From an uncultured virus (IMG/VR IMGVR_UViG_3300025131_007349) (taxonomy: Duplodnaviria; Heunggongvirae; Uroviricota; Caudoviricetes), in the IMG/VR virus record IMGVR_UViG_3300025131_007349: a stretch of DNA of 20,000 bases. One strand, given 5' to 3'. Both the position numbers and the translations under genes were made by a program. Below are positions 1 through 10,231 of this stretch, in pieces (positions within the stretch are counted from its first letter, which is position 1; each line of letters begins with the position of its first letter). The notes beneath the pieces are model-generated. The model was not told the origin of the DNA, ran no database searches, and saw only the letters and a list, made by a program, of their open reading frames with translations.

Positions 1-1677
1 TTGTCTTGGTCGATAACCAACCCTAACCCTTGTCTAGAATGTAAACATTTGGTTAATGACCCATGTGATTGTGTAACATCAACAACTACGATTCCAGCTA
101 CTACGACTACAACTACTGGTCCAGTAACAACAACGACAACCACTTCCGGCCCATTAGGGTTAGAAGATTGTTGTGACCCAAACATACAATATGTAGCAGC
201 GGGAGCACTTTATACACTTCTTTCATCAATGATTGTAGGGCAAGCCTTTACTAGTACTATAGCTCCTTGTGATTGTTTTGGGTGTTGGAAAATAATAAAT
301 AACCCAGTTGGTCCAGTACAAACTTGGAGTAGTTCACCTTCTTTTGTGTCTTCATCATGTGCAGCGTTAAATACAGCTACAAATTATCGGGTATGTTGTC
401 CAGTAAGCACAACCACTACTACAGTATATGGTACAACTACTACCACAACACATCAAACTCTAGGAGTTAAACAATGTTGTGACCCTTATACCGAATATAT
501 AGCTACAGGTGTTATATTAACTTGGTTAACTACTAATTTACTAATAGGTGAGGTGGTATATGGTGATATTATCACAGCACCATTTTCACTCCAGTCCGGA
601 TGTTGGGAGTTTATAGCAAACACGACCGGCCCGGGTACAGCTGTTTCTATATCACCGACCAATACCTATTCATCTCCATTCCCATGTTCAGCATGTACCA
701 CTATTAATGAAACTGCTGCGTGTACTACTACAACCACAAGTCCAGGTATAATAGGTATTGAGGCTTGTTGTCCAGACCTACTTACCGGTGCATTTGACCA
801 ATATGTAGCGGGAGGGGCATTTGAAATATATCTTAATGGTCTAACTATAGGTCAAGCATTCGAAATTACATTTAATATTCCTGGGGTTGGAGATATTACT
901 GGATGTTATAAAATTATAAGTAACCCTATCGGTTTAACAGTAACAGTTTTTGTGACCCCAACAAGTGTATACCATAATTGTAATGCGTTAGAAGCTGCTA
1001 TACACTTTAGATGTTGTGAACAGCCACCAACAACTACAACTACAACAGTATCAGAAATGTCAATAGTAAAACATTGTTGTACTGGGGATGTTTATGAATT
1101 AGTAGGTGATGCCGGTGCTTTAAGTAGCGTGGCTGGACTTAATAATAATGACACATTTAGATTAGTGGGGATTGGTCCTCCATTTGATGGTATGGCTTGT
1201 TGTTTCCATAAATGTGATGGTTGTGCCCCTATTGTAGGGCCAATTACTGGTACCTTCCTCTACCCTATTTGGGCAGCGACCCCAGGTCCTCAGTGTGATG
1301 TTTGTCATCGATTCGGACAATCAGATGGATGTTGTCCAACTACAACAACCACAACTATGGTGAGAGCTGGGTTAGGGCTAGAAGCGTGTTGTGAAACTTA
1401 TCCTGGGTCTTCGATATACATACAATATGTGCCTATTGGAACATTACTTAGTAACATAGGGGCTTTAACTTTAGGGACAGCACATTTATTTGTACTTAAT
1501 GGTACTCCGGTGTGTGCAACGGTAATTAATAACCCAATTGGTCTTAATGTTACAGGAAGTATAGTACAATCACCACCAACAGATATGGATTGCCACGACC
1601 TTATCACATGGATGCCTCCATCATTGATGCAATGTTGTCCGGTAACAACAACTACGACATGTACACCCATAAACTAA
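1..1677 (+). CDS. 5'-truncated Cys-rich, poly-Thr-linked repeat protein (mucin-like; putative virion surface protein)
   Basis: Frame is open from base 1 (the TTG start is an edge artefact) to TAA at 1675-1677. Five copies of a ~85-100 aa module opening with G[LIV][EK]xCC (the fourth divergent, IVKHCC) at about 157, 463, 754, 1063 and 1375, each followed by a TTTTT tract. Confidence 0.85.
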   Translation: MSWSITNPNPCLECKHLVNDPCDCVTSTTTIPATTTTTTGPVTTTTTTSGPLGLEDCCDPNIQYVAAGALYTLLSSMIVGQAFTSTIAPCDCFGCWKIINNPVGPVQTWSSSPSFVSSSCAALNTATNYRVCCPVSTTTTTVYGTTTTTTHQTLGVKQCCDPYTEYIATGVILTWLTTNLLIGEVVYGDIITAPFSLQSGCWEFIANTTGPGTAVSISPTNTYSSPFPCSACTTINETAACTTTTTSPGIIGIEACCPDLLTGAFDQYVAGGAFEIYLNGLTIGQAFEITFNIPGVGDITGCYKIISNPIGLTVTVFVTPTSVYHNCNALEAAIHFRCCEQPPTTTTTTVSEMSIVKHCCTGDVYELVGDAGALSSVAGLNNNDTFRLVGIGPPFDGMACCFHKCDGCAPIVGPITGTFLYPIWAATPGPQCDVCHRFGQSDGCCPTTTTTTMVRAGLGLEACCETYPGSSIYIQYVPIGTLLSNIGALTLGTAHLFVLNGTPVCATVINNPIGLNVTGSIVQSPPTDMDCHDLITWMPPSLMQCCPVTTTTTCTPIN

Positions 1678-1690
1678 TCGTTATGATAGG

Positions 1691-1697
1691 TATTTAT
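1691..1697 (+). promoter_or_regulatory. TATTTAT intergenic motif, putative phage late promoter element
   Basis: Starts 23 nt upstream of ATG 1714; the same heptamer recurs before the genes at 7758, 10232 and 13216. Confidence 0.55.
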
Positions 1698-1713
1698 TAC
1701 TAAATGATAAATT

Positions 1714-4700
1714 ATGGCGTATCACAAATATATAGCGTGTTTTAGTAATGTTCCTTTTACAATACCTACGCCTTACGATTGTAATATTGGTAAATTAACT
1801 GGTGGTATACCAGGAAATACTACTGCAAATAATCAAAATTTTGTTACCCATTATTATAATCAATCTGGTGGTTTTGTATTAGTGCCAGGAACTTTTATTA
1901 GGTTATATGACGCATTTTACCCAAACACCTATACTTGTTATGAATATCTAGGTACAAGTCTTACACCGGAAGTACTTTATGTTGAATTTCTTGGTGCCCA
2001 TTCTTTACAAAATTCTGGTTATCTTGTTGAACCATATGGTGATTGTAGCACATGTGAGATTGACCCATCCATTTTCGCTTACAACCATTCTTGGCGTTAT
2101 TGTGATAATTCAATCGCTTTTAATCCAGTACCAGTAGTACCTATAATAGGTTCATGTTTTTTACCAAATACTGAGACAAATATTCAGATAGCTCAAAACC
2201 AATTAACTGCTGCTCTAGGGCCTATAAGTATTGGGGACGTAGTACAATTATCTGATGGGACATGTATGTACTATGAAGGGAATCAACTCAGACCAACCAG
2301 TTATGATATTGATGCAAGTAATAATCCAGGTAGTGGAAATTGGCATGCAGGATACGCTCCTGGGAGTTGTGGAAATGCTTTTGGAACACCACCAACAAGA
2401 GGATTAATTGGTAGTATTGGTGATTGTCAACAGTGCCCTGCAGTTATTACTACAACTACCTTAACTACTATAGCCCCTATAACCACCACAACAACAACAT
2501 GTTATAATTGTTGTACCACCACAACTACTAGTGGACCTTGTCAAACATGTGGTATAGAATCTTGTTGCGACCCATCAATACAATATCTCGCTACTGGTAA
2601 TTTATTAATTTTACTGAATATATTGCAATGTAATTCTACTTACGCCTTATTTTTACCACAATTATTCGTTGGTGGTAATGTAATATATGATGAATGTTGG
2701 AAACCACTTTGTAACCCCCCACAAAATCTACAGATAGCTACTACCACCGCAACATATGCATATTTAACTTCGAATGGTTATATAAATGCATTGGGTTGTG
2801 CAGGGTTAAGTTCGACACTACCAATTCCTTGTTGCCCAGTTACTACCACAACAACTTATTATCCAGCTACGACCACAACAACTTATTCCCCAACGACTAC
2901 AACTACAACCTATACCCCAGTTTCAACAACAACTACTGTATGGTACGAGTGTATAGCATCATCCCTAGTAACTATAGGAAATGGCTCAACTTGTGACAAT
3001 AAAATTAAGTTACCATATGTTCATGGATATGCAGGAGGTATTGGAAGTGGAAACTTTATAGCTGATGAAATAATAGCGGGTAATATACCTGCCACTGCTA
3101 ATTTTAGTGATTATTATGTGGAGGGTGTTAACCCTAATTCAAATTATTGCATCAACGGCAATAGTTACACAATGTATGTAACCGCGTGGCCTCAATATCT
3201 TGGGCCTCATACACCACAACCTTTTGATTTATGTTGTTGGTTAGCCGTCCCACCTCTTTCTCCACCTCTTAATGTTATAACACATGTTATGGGTATAATT
3301 ACTACTGGTGTGATGTGTTGGCCTTATAATAATTTATATACAAGTGGTGCGGGTGCTACTCCGACAATATATCCTACTTGGGCAGCATTTATAGATTATC
3401 TAAATCAAACTAATACCATTAATTCGCTCCCAGCAAGCTATACCTATACAATGCCAAGAGCTACAGTAGTTGGAGATATGTGCACATATTCCATTCCATT
3501 TAACACCGGGCCAAACCCAACTTGTAATGATGTTTTTGATTATGCTCAGTCATATTGTGAGTGTTCATCACTACCATGTTATTGTGTGCCATGTTATACT
3601 CCTGGTACATCACCTTGCATATATAATAATTTTACTGCGTGTGATACAGCGGCAAACCCACCTGGTGGCGGGCCATGTTGTGAACCAGCCTCAACAACAA
3701 CTTCAACAACCCCACCAACAACCACAACTACCACAACATTAGCTATAGGCTTAGAATTGTGTTGCCCAACATATGACCAATACATAGTACCTAGTGGGAA
3801 TTTTCTATATACCCTAATACAAGGATTAACTATTAATTCTGCTCATCTTTTTTCAATAACTTTACCTAATGGTAATGATGTGGAGGCGTGTGTTAAAGTA
3901 ATCAATAATCCAAACCCTTCAAATGTAATAACTAATGGTATGTTACTAGCATCACCAAGTACTGATATGGATTGTTATAGTTGGAATAACGATTTAGATA
4001 TAAATAATGGTTATGGTTATACGGCTTTTGAAGATGGATGTTGTACTCTTGAGGATTGGCATGAATGTATTACACCAGCACCACTAATTCCTGGTATAAG
4101 TGCAACAAATGGATGTGAGGTGGGGGACACTTATGTTATACCACCACTTGTTAATTTAATTAATAATTTGTTTGAGAACCATATCGCTTTCATTGATTAT
4201 GTGGTTAGTACTTTTGGTAACGCTATGACTTTAAGTGATTACTTCTATATTAATCCTACGTCTTATTACTACGTATATTCGTGTTATAATTATAGTGGTC
4301 TATATGGTGGAACTGGACCTGGGACTGGTGGAGTCTATATGACTGTCGACAGTATTATACATGCCCCAGGGAATACTATCTACATATTCGTTACCCCATA
4401 CCCTACAACATGGCAAGAACTTATAGATGCATTAAATGTTATAAATGCAGCAAATTCTTGGGTACAAGATTTTTCATATAGTGAAAATTGGGCTCAGACC
4501 TTAACAAGAATTATAAATAACGTCCCAGGGGATACATTATTGGTAAATTCTCTAGATTGTCATTGTTTTAATCCTTGCTATTGCCAACCATGTACCCCAC
4601 CTGCACCAAACTGTATTTACAGTACTTATGCTTTATGTGATGTAGCAGCTAATGCGATACCATGTTGTGACCCCACAACCACCACTACAACAGTATATTG

Positions 4701-7700
4701 TGATAGATTAGGTATAGAAGATTGCTGTACCCACATTGTATATTTGGTTGCACCTACCACCCCTCTATATGTTATAATATCTAACCCTATATATCTGAAC
4801 ATGGTGTTAGCTCTAGAAATAGTACTTCCTAATGGACAACTCCTTATTTCTTGTTTTGAGGTTATAGATACGGCTTGCCCTCCAGACCCTGTGGTTACTG
4901 GAGGATGGACAACACCTATATTACCACATCTACCCACATGTACACAATGTTTGGCTATGATTGCTGCCCAGCTCCAGATTGATTGTGTAACAACAACTAC
5001 AACACAATGGTGGGAATGTGTTCGGGGCCATGTACCAGTTCCTGGGGTAGACGCAATATACTGTGATTCTAGTCACACTTATTTTCAACCAGCAAGTATC
5101 TCAACAGCAAATGGATGGGACATAAATAGGCAGATTTTTATAAATAACGTGGCTAGTACATTTGGGCAAACAGCACTGTTTTCAAATTACTTCTACATCA
5201 ATCCCATTGTAGGCCCAACGACACCAAACAATGTTTGTGTAAATACTGACCCAAACTTATTTAATGGTGTGGGGGAATATCAGACGGTAGTTGGTTTTGT
5301 TGGAATGGGCACAAACACATATTATGTATTAACAGGACCAGTAACAACTAATGCTAATTGGCAAATGTTAATAGATGCATTAAATGCTATAAATGCAGCA
5401 AATGGATGGGCACAAAATTTTCTTTATACGGACTCTTTTGGCGACATCCAGTACAAAATACTTCAACATCTAATCGTGCTTCCCGGAAACCCAATGGAGG
5501 CTATTTTGCTTGTATCAGCGTATTGTATGTGTACCGTTACGTGTATTTGTCAAGTATGTAGTTCAGGGCCTAACTGTATCTATACTAATGAACCAGATTG
5601 TTTACTATCGGCTAACGCAACACCATGTTGTATAACAACAACATATGCTCCACTAACAACAACTACAACTACTAGTAATTTAGTTGGTCTTAAATTATGT
5701 TGTGAACCTTATACTCAATATGAAGTAATTTATAATAGTTCACTTTATAATCTTATAGACTATAGTCTTCCACCATTTACTAGAGCGTTTGTAATGACAA
5801 TAACATTACCTAATGGGACAGACCTTACAGCTTGTATGCAGATGGATATGAATATACCTTTAGCTTCCCCTCAAGTACAAGCGGGTCAGTTTGAATGGCT
5901 TTTTAGTCCTACTTACTATTATTCTAATTGTTTAGAGCTAGATTTAAACGCCCCAATGAATAGTGGTTATGGTTTTCAACAATTTTTGTATGGTTGTTGC
6001 CAACCTACTACGACTACAACTACATCAGCACCATTAGGAGTAGAAGAATGTTGTTCACCTTTTACTCAGTATGTAGCTACAGGCCCGCTATTATCATATT
6101 TCTCTACTTTCAGTGTAGGTGAAGCATTTTATGGTGCTCTAAGTGGCCCATCAACAGCCACCCCTTATATTTGTTTTAAAATTATAACTAATCCTGCGGG
6201 TCTTATAGTAAATTCAGCAGTAGGATATGGTCCAAAAGATAGTTGTACAGATATAGATACGTATATTATAAATGCAGGATTTGATGCTTGTTGCCCAACT
6301 ACGACAACAACAACCTACCCTCCAACTACTACCACAACCACAGTCCTATGTGATTCATGCGGTGTACTATTTGTAGATGATTCAAATCCACCAAACGTTT
6401 ACAATTATAACCATACGGCAAATCAGGTTAATTTATTATTTACAGCGACACAAAATCTAGGATATAGTGCAGATATAGCAAGGTACGGCAATCTAATATG
6501 GGTGTACTATGGTGTAAAAATTCAAGAATATGTTATAGACCCTGTTACTTGTATTGTTAACTGGGTAAGAGAGATTACACTTCCAGCACCAATAGGTAAT
6601 GGTTTAGCGGCTATAACTTCTACTGATTTAATTGGTGGTAGTGATTGGAATATTAGTTGGGGGTATATTAATAGTATAGATATAACTACTAACACAGCTG
6701 TACTATCTGGTTCTATTACTTTAGGAGCTGGAGAATATGTCGCGGGTGATTTATTATACTTAGCTGGGACTAATACATTAATAGTCGCTTTAAGTACAAA
6801 TACCGGAGCTAAATTAGCTTATTATGATTTGGTTAGTGGAGCACTAATAGCGAATATAGGTGGAAGTTTAACTTGGGGATTATATTGTTATAACCAAAAC
6901 ATTTATGGTGTTACTAATACTAAAGACATTTACCAAATATATGTAACTTCTAGTTCAATAAGCGCTGGTTCACCACTTCAGACCCTACCTAACCCACCAT
7001 CATATGTTTGGGGCGCAGCTTCAGACCCAGACTGTTGTATACAACAAGTCACTACCACAACCACGACTAATGTAGTCTCACTAGGGGTTGAATTATGTTG
7101 TGTTCCATATACACAATATGTAGCAGGAGGTTCTTTATTAACGTATATAGCAACGTTAAATATTGGAGATGCTTTTGCTGGTAATTTTAATATTGGTAAT
7201 ACGGATAATATTAAATGTATGAAAGTTGTATCTAATCCAGTAGGAACATTAATAAATCAATTTATTCTCATTTGTAATCCTCATCCGATGACTTGTGACG
7301 CGTTAAATACTCACTTAATTAATTATATTCCACCTGGTCACGGCCATGTAGAGTTAGAACATGGATGTTGTCCATCAATTACAACTACAACAACAGAATA
7401 TGTACTAACTAACAGGTGGATTAGAGCGTGTTGTCCAGAACAATTAGGAGGTAGTTACTATATAGAATTTGCTGCACTACCAGGAAGTAATCTAGAGGGG
7501 ATATTAAACAGTACAGCTTTAGGTGTAGCAATAGAATTAACGGTAACACCACAAGGTGGGATGCAAAGACCATCACAATGCTATAGAGTAACAGACGTAA
7601 ATACATCACCGTACAATCTAGCTGATGGATTCTCAATGTTACAACAAAGTTATAATAATTGTGTTGATTGTACAAACGCACTTCCGGTGATTCCACATAC

Positions 7701-7713
7701 TTGTGCACTTTGA
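1714..7713 (+). CDS. Giant 1999-aa modular Cys/Thr-rich protein (mucin-like; Cys modules, three larger repeated domains, probable beta-propeller)
   Basis: Uninterrupted ORF ATG 1714 to TGA 7711-7713. Seven GxExCC-type modules (about 2551, 3748, 4711, 5686, 6037, 7084, and the divergent WIRACC at 7417), three WxEC...CxCxxC...CIY...PCC domains, many poly-Thr linkers. No obvious signal peptide or transmembrane helix. Confidence 0.9.
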   Translation: MAYHKYIACFSNVPFTIPTPYDCNIGKLTGGIPGNTTANNQNFVTHYYNQSGGFVLVPGTFIRLYDAFYPNTYTCYEYLGTSLTPEVLYVEFLGAHSLQNSGYLVEPYGDCSTCEIDPSIFAYNHSWRYCDNSIAFNPVPVVPIIGSCFLPNTETNIQIAQNQLTAALGPISIGDVVQLSDGTCMYYEGNQLRPTSYDIDASNNPGSGNWHAGYAPGSCGNAFGTPPTRGLIGSIGDCQQCPAVITTTTLTTIAPITTTTTTCYNCCTTTTTSGPCQTCGIESCCDPSIQYLATGNLLILLNILQCNSTYALFLPQLFVGGNVIYDECWKPLCNPPQNLQIATTTATYAYLTSNGYINALGCAGLSSTLPIPCCPVTTTTTYYPATTTTTYSPTTTTTTYTPVSTTTTVWYECIASSLVTIGNGSTCDNKIKLPYVHGYAGGIGSGNFIADEIIAGNIPATANFSDYYVEGVNPNSNYCINGNSYTMYVTAWPQYLGPHTPQPFDLCCWLAVPPLSPPLNVITHVMGIITTGVMCWPYNNLYTSGAGATPTIYPTWAAFIDYLNQTNTINSLPASYTYTMPRATVVGDMCTYSIPFNTGPNPTCNDVFDYAQSYCECSSLPCYCVPCYTPGTSPCIYNNFTACDTAANPPGGGPCCEPASTTTSTTPPTTTTTTTLAIGLELCCPTYDQYIVPSGNFLYTLIQGLTINSAHLFSITLPNGNDVEACVKVINNPNPSNVITNGMLLASPSTDMDCYSWNNDLDINNGYGYTAFEDGCCTLEDWHECITPAPLIPGISATNGCEVGDTYVIPPLVNLINNLFENHIAFIDYVVSTFGNAMTLSDYFYINPTSYYYVYSCYNYSGLYGGTGPGTGGVYMTVDSIIHAPGNTIYIFVTPYPTTWQELIDALNVINAANSWVQDFSYSENWAQTLTRIINNVPGDTLLVNSLDCHCFNPCYCQPCTPPAPNCIYSTYALCDVAANAIPCCDPTTTTTTVYCDRLGIEDCCTHIVYLVAPTTPLYVIISNPIYLNMVLALEIVLPNGQLLISCFEVIDTACPPDPVVTGGWTTPILPHLPTCTQCLAMIAAQLQIDCVTTTTTQWWECVRGHVPVPGVDAIYCDSSHTYFQPASISTANGWDINRQIFINNVASTFGQTALFSNYFYINPIVGPTTPNNVCVNTDPNLFNGVGEYQTVVGFVGMGTNTYYVLTGPVTTNANWQMLIDALNAINAANGWAQNFLYTDSFGDIQYKILQHLIVLPGNPMEAILLVSAYCMCTVTCICQVCSSGPNCIYTNEPDCLLSANATPCCITTTYAPLTTTTTTSNLVGLKLCCEPYTQYEVIYNSSLYNLIDYSLPPFTRAFVMTITLPNGTDLTACMQMDMNIPLASPQVQAGQFEWLFSPTYYYSNCLELDLNAPMNSGYGFQQFLYGCCQPTTTTTTSAPLGVEECCSPFTQYVATGPLLSYFSTFSVGEAFYGALSGPSTATPYICFKIITNPAGLIVNSAVGYGPKDSCTDIDTYIINAGFDACCPTTTTTTYPPTTTTTTVLCDSCGVLFVDDSNPPNVYNYNHTANQVNLLFTATQNLGYSADIARYGNLIWVYYGVKIQEYVIDPVTCIVNWVREITLPAPIGNGLAAITSTDLIGGSDWNISWGYINSIDITTNTAVLSGSITLGAGEYVAGDLLYLAGTNTLIVALSTNTGAKLAYYDLVSGALIANIGGSLTWGLYCYNQNIYGVTNTKDIYQIYVTSSSISAGSPLQTLPNPPSYVWGAASDPDCCIQQVTTTTTTNVVSLGVELCCVPYTQYVAGGSLLTYIATLNIGDAFAGNFNIGNTDNIKCMKVVSNPVGTLINQFILICNPHPMTCDALNTHLINYIPPGHGHVELEHGCCPSITTTTTEYVLTNRWIRACCPEQLGGSYYIEFAALPGSNLEGILNSTALGVAIELTVTPQGGMQRPSQCYRVTDVNTSPYNLADGFSMLQQSYNNCVDCTNALPVIPHTCAL
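2941..5631 (+). repeat. Three intragenic copies of a ~205-245 aa domain (2941-3681, 4057-4668, 5008-5631)
   Basis: Each starts WxEC, contains WxxxIDxLN and ends CxCxxC..CIY....C...AN..PCC. DNA 4423-4455 and 5371-5403 match at 32 of 33 nt. Confidence 0.85.
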
Positions 7714-7723
7714 CCGCTGTAAC

Positions 7724-7730
7724 TATTTAT
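7724..7730 (+). promoter_or_regulatory. TATTTAT intergenic motif, putative late promoter element
   Basis: Starts 34 nt upstream of ATG 7758. Confidence 0.55.
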
Positions 7731-7757
7731 GAATAACGAATAAAATAATATAAAGAT

Positions 7758-10199
7758 ATGGCTTGGTTTTGTCCTACAGAATTAGATTTAGTAAATCCCA
7801 TCATGACACCTTATCCGTGTTGTGTACAAGGGCCAGCACCACTCAACCATCTAGTTTTTGGTACACAACAGGCTTGTCATGATAACACATCTTGTTGTAA
7901 TAATGCCAATCAACCTGGAACAGGTAATTTAGATGTATGTTGCGGAGGTATAGACCAAGGTGACCCCTGTATCTATACTGCTTGGTTATCACTGACCCAA
8001 ACACAAAGAGACGGTATATGTCAATATTGTATGGCGAGTGACCCCCTTAATAACCCTTGTCTTTCTGAAGTTTCTTTATACTGCAGGTGTTGTGATGGAT
8101 GCAACCCAACAACTTCTACTACAACTCAAGAGATTGTAAGAGGGGTAAGAAGGTGCCCACAATTTGGTCCACAATTAGAATTTAGGGCAGACGCAAATCC
8201 TTTATTTACAATAGTTTGGTCATATCCTATTGGTACTGTATTAGCACTTGAAATTATTTATATAACTTTACAAGCTATATTCACTTATAGAGCTTGTTGG
8301 GAAATTATAGAGTTAGTAAACCCATATTATTCTTGTGATGCGGCAAATGGAACATTATTAAATCCTACACCAGGTATAGACTGTTCTAAATGTGTGGTTC
8401 CACCAGGCCCAGAAATCTGTACAACCACCACCACATCTGAACCACCACCTGCCCCATATTGGTGTATTAAAAAATGTTGTGATGATTCCTTACACAAAAT
8501 AGACGCTACTTTTCCATGGGATTGGTCTGGAACTCTTGGTGCATACGTTCCAGGAACTGCATTTTTATCTCAATCTTTTAATAATTTAAATGGTACTGGA
8601 TTACAAGAGTGTTACTCTCTCCCCGACCCACCAGTATTTGGGTGTGGTAACCTCCCTACACTTGTATTAGCTCCACCAATAGTGGTTTTCCTACAAACTA
8701 TACCACCCCAACCTAGCTTATGTGATGATTGTTTATGGATGTACGAATATGGCCAAATTGGTGATGTATACCAATGGTTTCCACCAACTTTACCACCACC
8801 TACAGGACAAGCAGTAGATACTGGGGTAGATGTTAACTTATGTGACCCAAGTGGTGCCACCACAACAACTACACTAACTCCTGGTACAACTACCACAACA
8901 ACAGTATGTATATGGGGTTGCACGGACCCACTAGATTGTAATTATGACCCAACTGCTACTTGTGATGATGGTTCTTGTATGTCGCTTGTTTATGGCTGTA
9001 TGGATAGTGGTAATTGTATAGGGACTAGTTGTCCAGGACCTGGTGGTACTTGCCAAACTCCTAGTACTTACTATGTGTCACCTTATCCTGGATGTCAAGC
9101 TCTTAATTATTATCCTGGTGCGAACTTTATGGACGCTAATAACCCGTGTTATGGTTATTGTAATTGTTTAGACCCAAGTGGTACAAATTATAATGATACT
9201 GGTGAAATCGGTTGGGTTCCACCAGCTAACGCCGCCGTATGGATAAATGGGTTGTATATTGACTGTGCAGGTGTAGTACAAATGATAGGGCTAGTTTGGA
9301 ATGGTAATGTAGGAGACACTTCTTGTTGTGGCCCTATAGTAACGACAACAACTACAGTATGTATATGGGGTTGCACAGACCCAACACAAGTAAATTTTGA
9401 CCCATTAGCTACTTGTAATGATGGAAGTTGTATCCCAATTATTTATGGATGCATGGATGATGGTTGCTGTACTACCGGTATAGGTCCAGACCCACTTGTT
9501 GGTGACCCCTGTGCTGGTGGAGCTACAGGGTTATATCATTTGTGTCCACAAGGTATTATAGGAGGTCCTTCATATAATTCACCATTACCTCCTCCTGGAG
9601 CACTTAATTATTATCCTGGTGCTAATATAAACTCTCAGTGTCTTTATCCTCCTCTAGCAATTACATTTTTCGAAGTGGGACTACCTTATCCTGCGCCTTG
9701 TGCAAATTATCCAAACTCATCTCCTGGGCAATGTGGAGCAACATATAATATTAATATTAATACAGGTACTTCAGCAGATATCCCTCAAGGGGAAATTAAG
9801 TTTACTTTTGAAGCACATACTACAAATCCAGGTGTTTATTATGATGCTCCAACACCTTCCACTTATACTCATAATACAGTAACCACCTCTTTAGATTTTG
9901 ATTGTCAAAGTTATGTATATTGCACAGGGGCAGCCTATTCAGGAGCTTTTACGTATATAGGTGGTTTAGGAGCACTAACTAATGTTGAAGGTTCTGTACC
10001 AGTTAAAGTAATTATAGAATTAACGATGGCGGCCAACGGAGGCATATTGCTAGGAGAAGCTGTACTACAAGATGGGGCTACATCAGCAAATATCAGTATT
10101 GGTTATACTAATAATTTATCAGTTGTTGCCGGAGGTTTTTTCACTCAGACTTGTAATCCATCCGCTTCATCTCCTGGAGGTGTAGGGGGTTGTGTATAA
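7758..10199 (+). CDS. Cys/Pro/Thr-rich protein with GCTD/GCMD-type repeats (putative structural protein)
   Basis: 813-aa ORF. Contains GCTDPLDCNYDPTATCDDGSC and GCTDPTQVNFDPLATCNDGSC, two interrupted GCMD...ALNYYPGAN copies, poly-Thr linkers and a beta-rich C-terminal domain. Confidence 0.85.
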   Translation: MAWFCPTELDLVNPIMTPYPCCVQGPAPLNHLVFGTQQACHDNTSCCNNANQPGTGNLDVCCGGIDQGDPCIYTAWLSLTQTQRDGICQYCMASDPLNNPCLSEVSLYCRCCDGCNPTTSTTTQEIVRGVRRCPQFGPQLEFRADANPLFTIVWSYPIGTVLALEIIYITLQAIFTYRACWEIIELVNPYYSCDAANGTLLNPTPGIDCSKCVVPPGPEICTTTTTSEPPPAPYWCIKKCCDDSLHKIDATFPWDWSGTLGAYVPGTAFLSQSFNNLNGTGLQECYSLPDPPVFGCGNLPTLVLAPPIVVFLQTIPPQPSLCDDCLWMYEYGQIGDVYQWFPPTLPPPTGQAVDTGVDVNLCDPSGATTTTTLTPGTTTTTTVCIWGCTDPLDCNYDPTATCDDGSCMSLVYGCMDSGNCIGTSCPGPGGTCQTPSTYYVSPYPGCQALNYYPGANFMDANNPCYGYCNCLDPSGTNYNDTGEIGWVPPANAAVWINGLYIDCAGVVQMIGLVWNGNVGDTSCCGPIVTTTTTVCIWGCTDPTQVNFDPLATCNDGSCIPIIYGCMDDGCCTTGIGPDPLVGDPCAGGATGLYHLCPQGIIGGPSYNSPLPPPGALNYYPGANINSQCLYPPLAITFFEVGLPYPAPCANYPNSSPGQCGATYNININTGTSADIPQGEIKFTFEAHTTNPGVYYDAPTPSTYTHNTVTTSLDFDCQSYVYCTGAAYSGAFTYIGGLGALTNVEGSVPVKVIIELTMAANGGILLGEAVLQDGATSANISIGYTNNLSVVAGGFFTQTCNPSASSPGGVGGCV
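8901..9630 (+). repeat. Intragenic duplication of a TTT-VCIWGCTDP...GSC...YGCMD...ALNYYPGAN unit
   Basis: 8901-8930 and 9354-9383 match at 29 of 30 nt (acagtatgtatatggggttgcac[g/a]gaccca); cttaattattatcctggtgc occurs in both copies. Confidence 0.85.
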
Positions 10200-10216
10200 A
10201 ATATAATTAATTAAAG

Positions 10217-10223
10217 TATTTAT
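10217..10223 (+). promoter_or_regulatory. TATTTAT intergenic motif, putative late promoter element
   Basis: Starts 15 nt upstream of ATG 10232. Confidence 0.55.
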
Positions 10224-10231
10224 AAAAAGAT

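Noticed and set aside
4423..9383. Near-identical ~30-nt repeat pairs as DGR template/variable repeats
   Set aside because: They are short, sit inside duplicated protein domains, and each pair has a single mismatch, so no adenine-specific pattern can be shown. No reverse transcriptase is present in the window.
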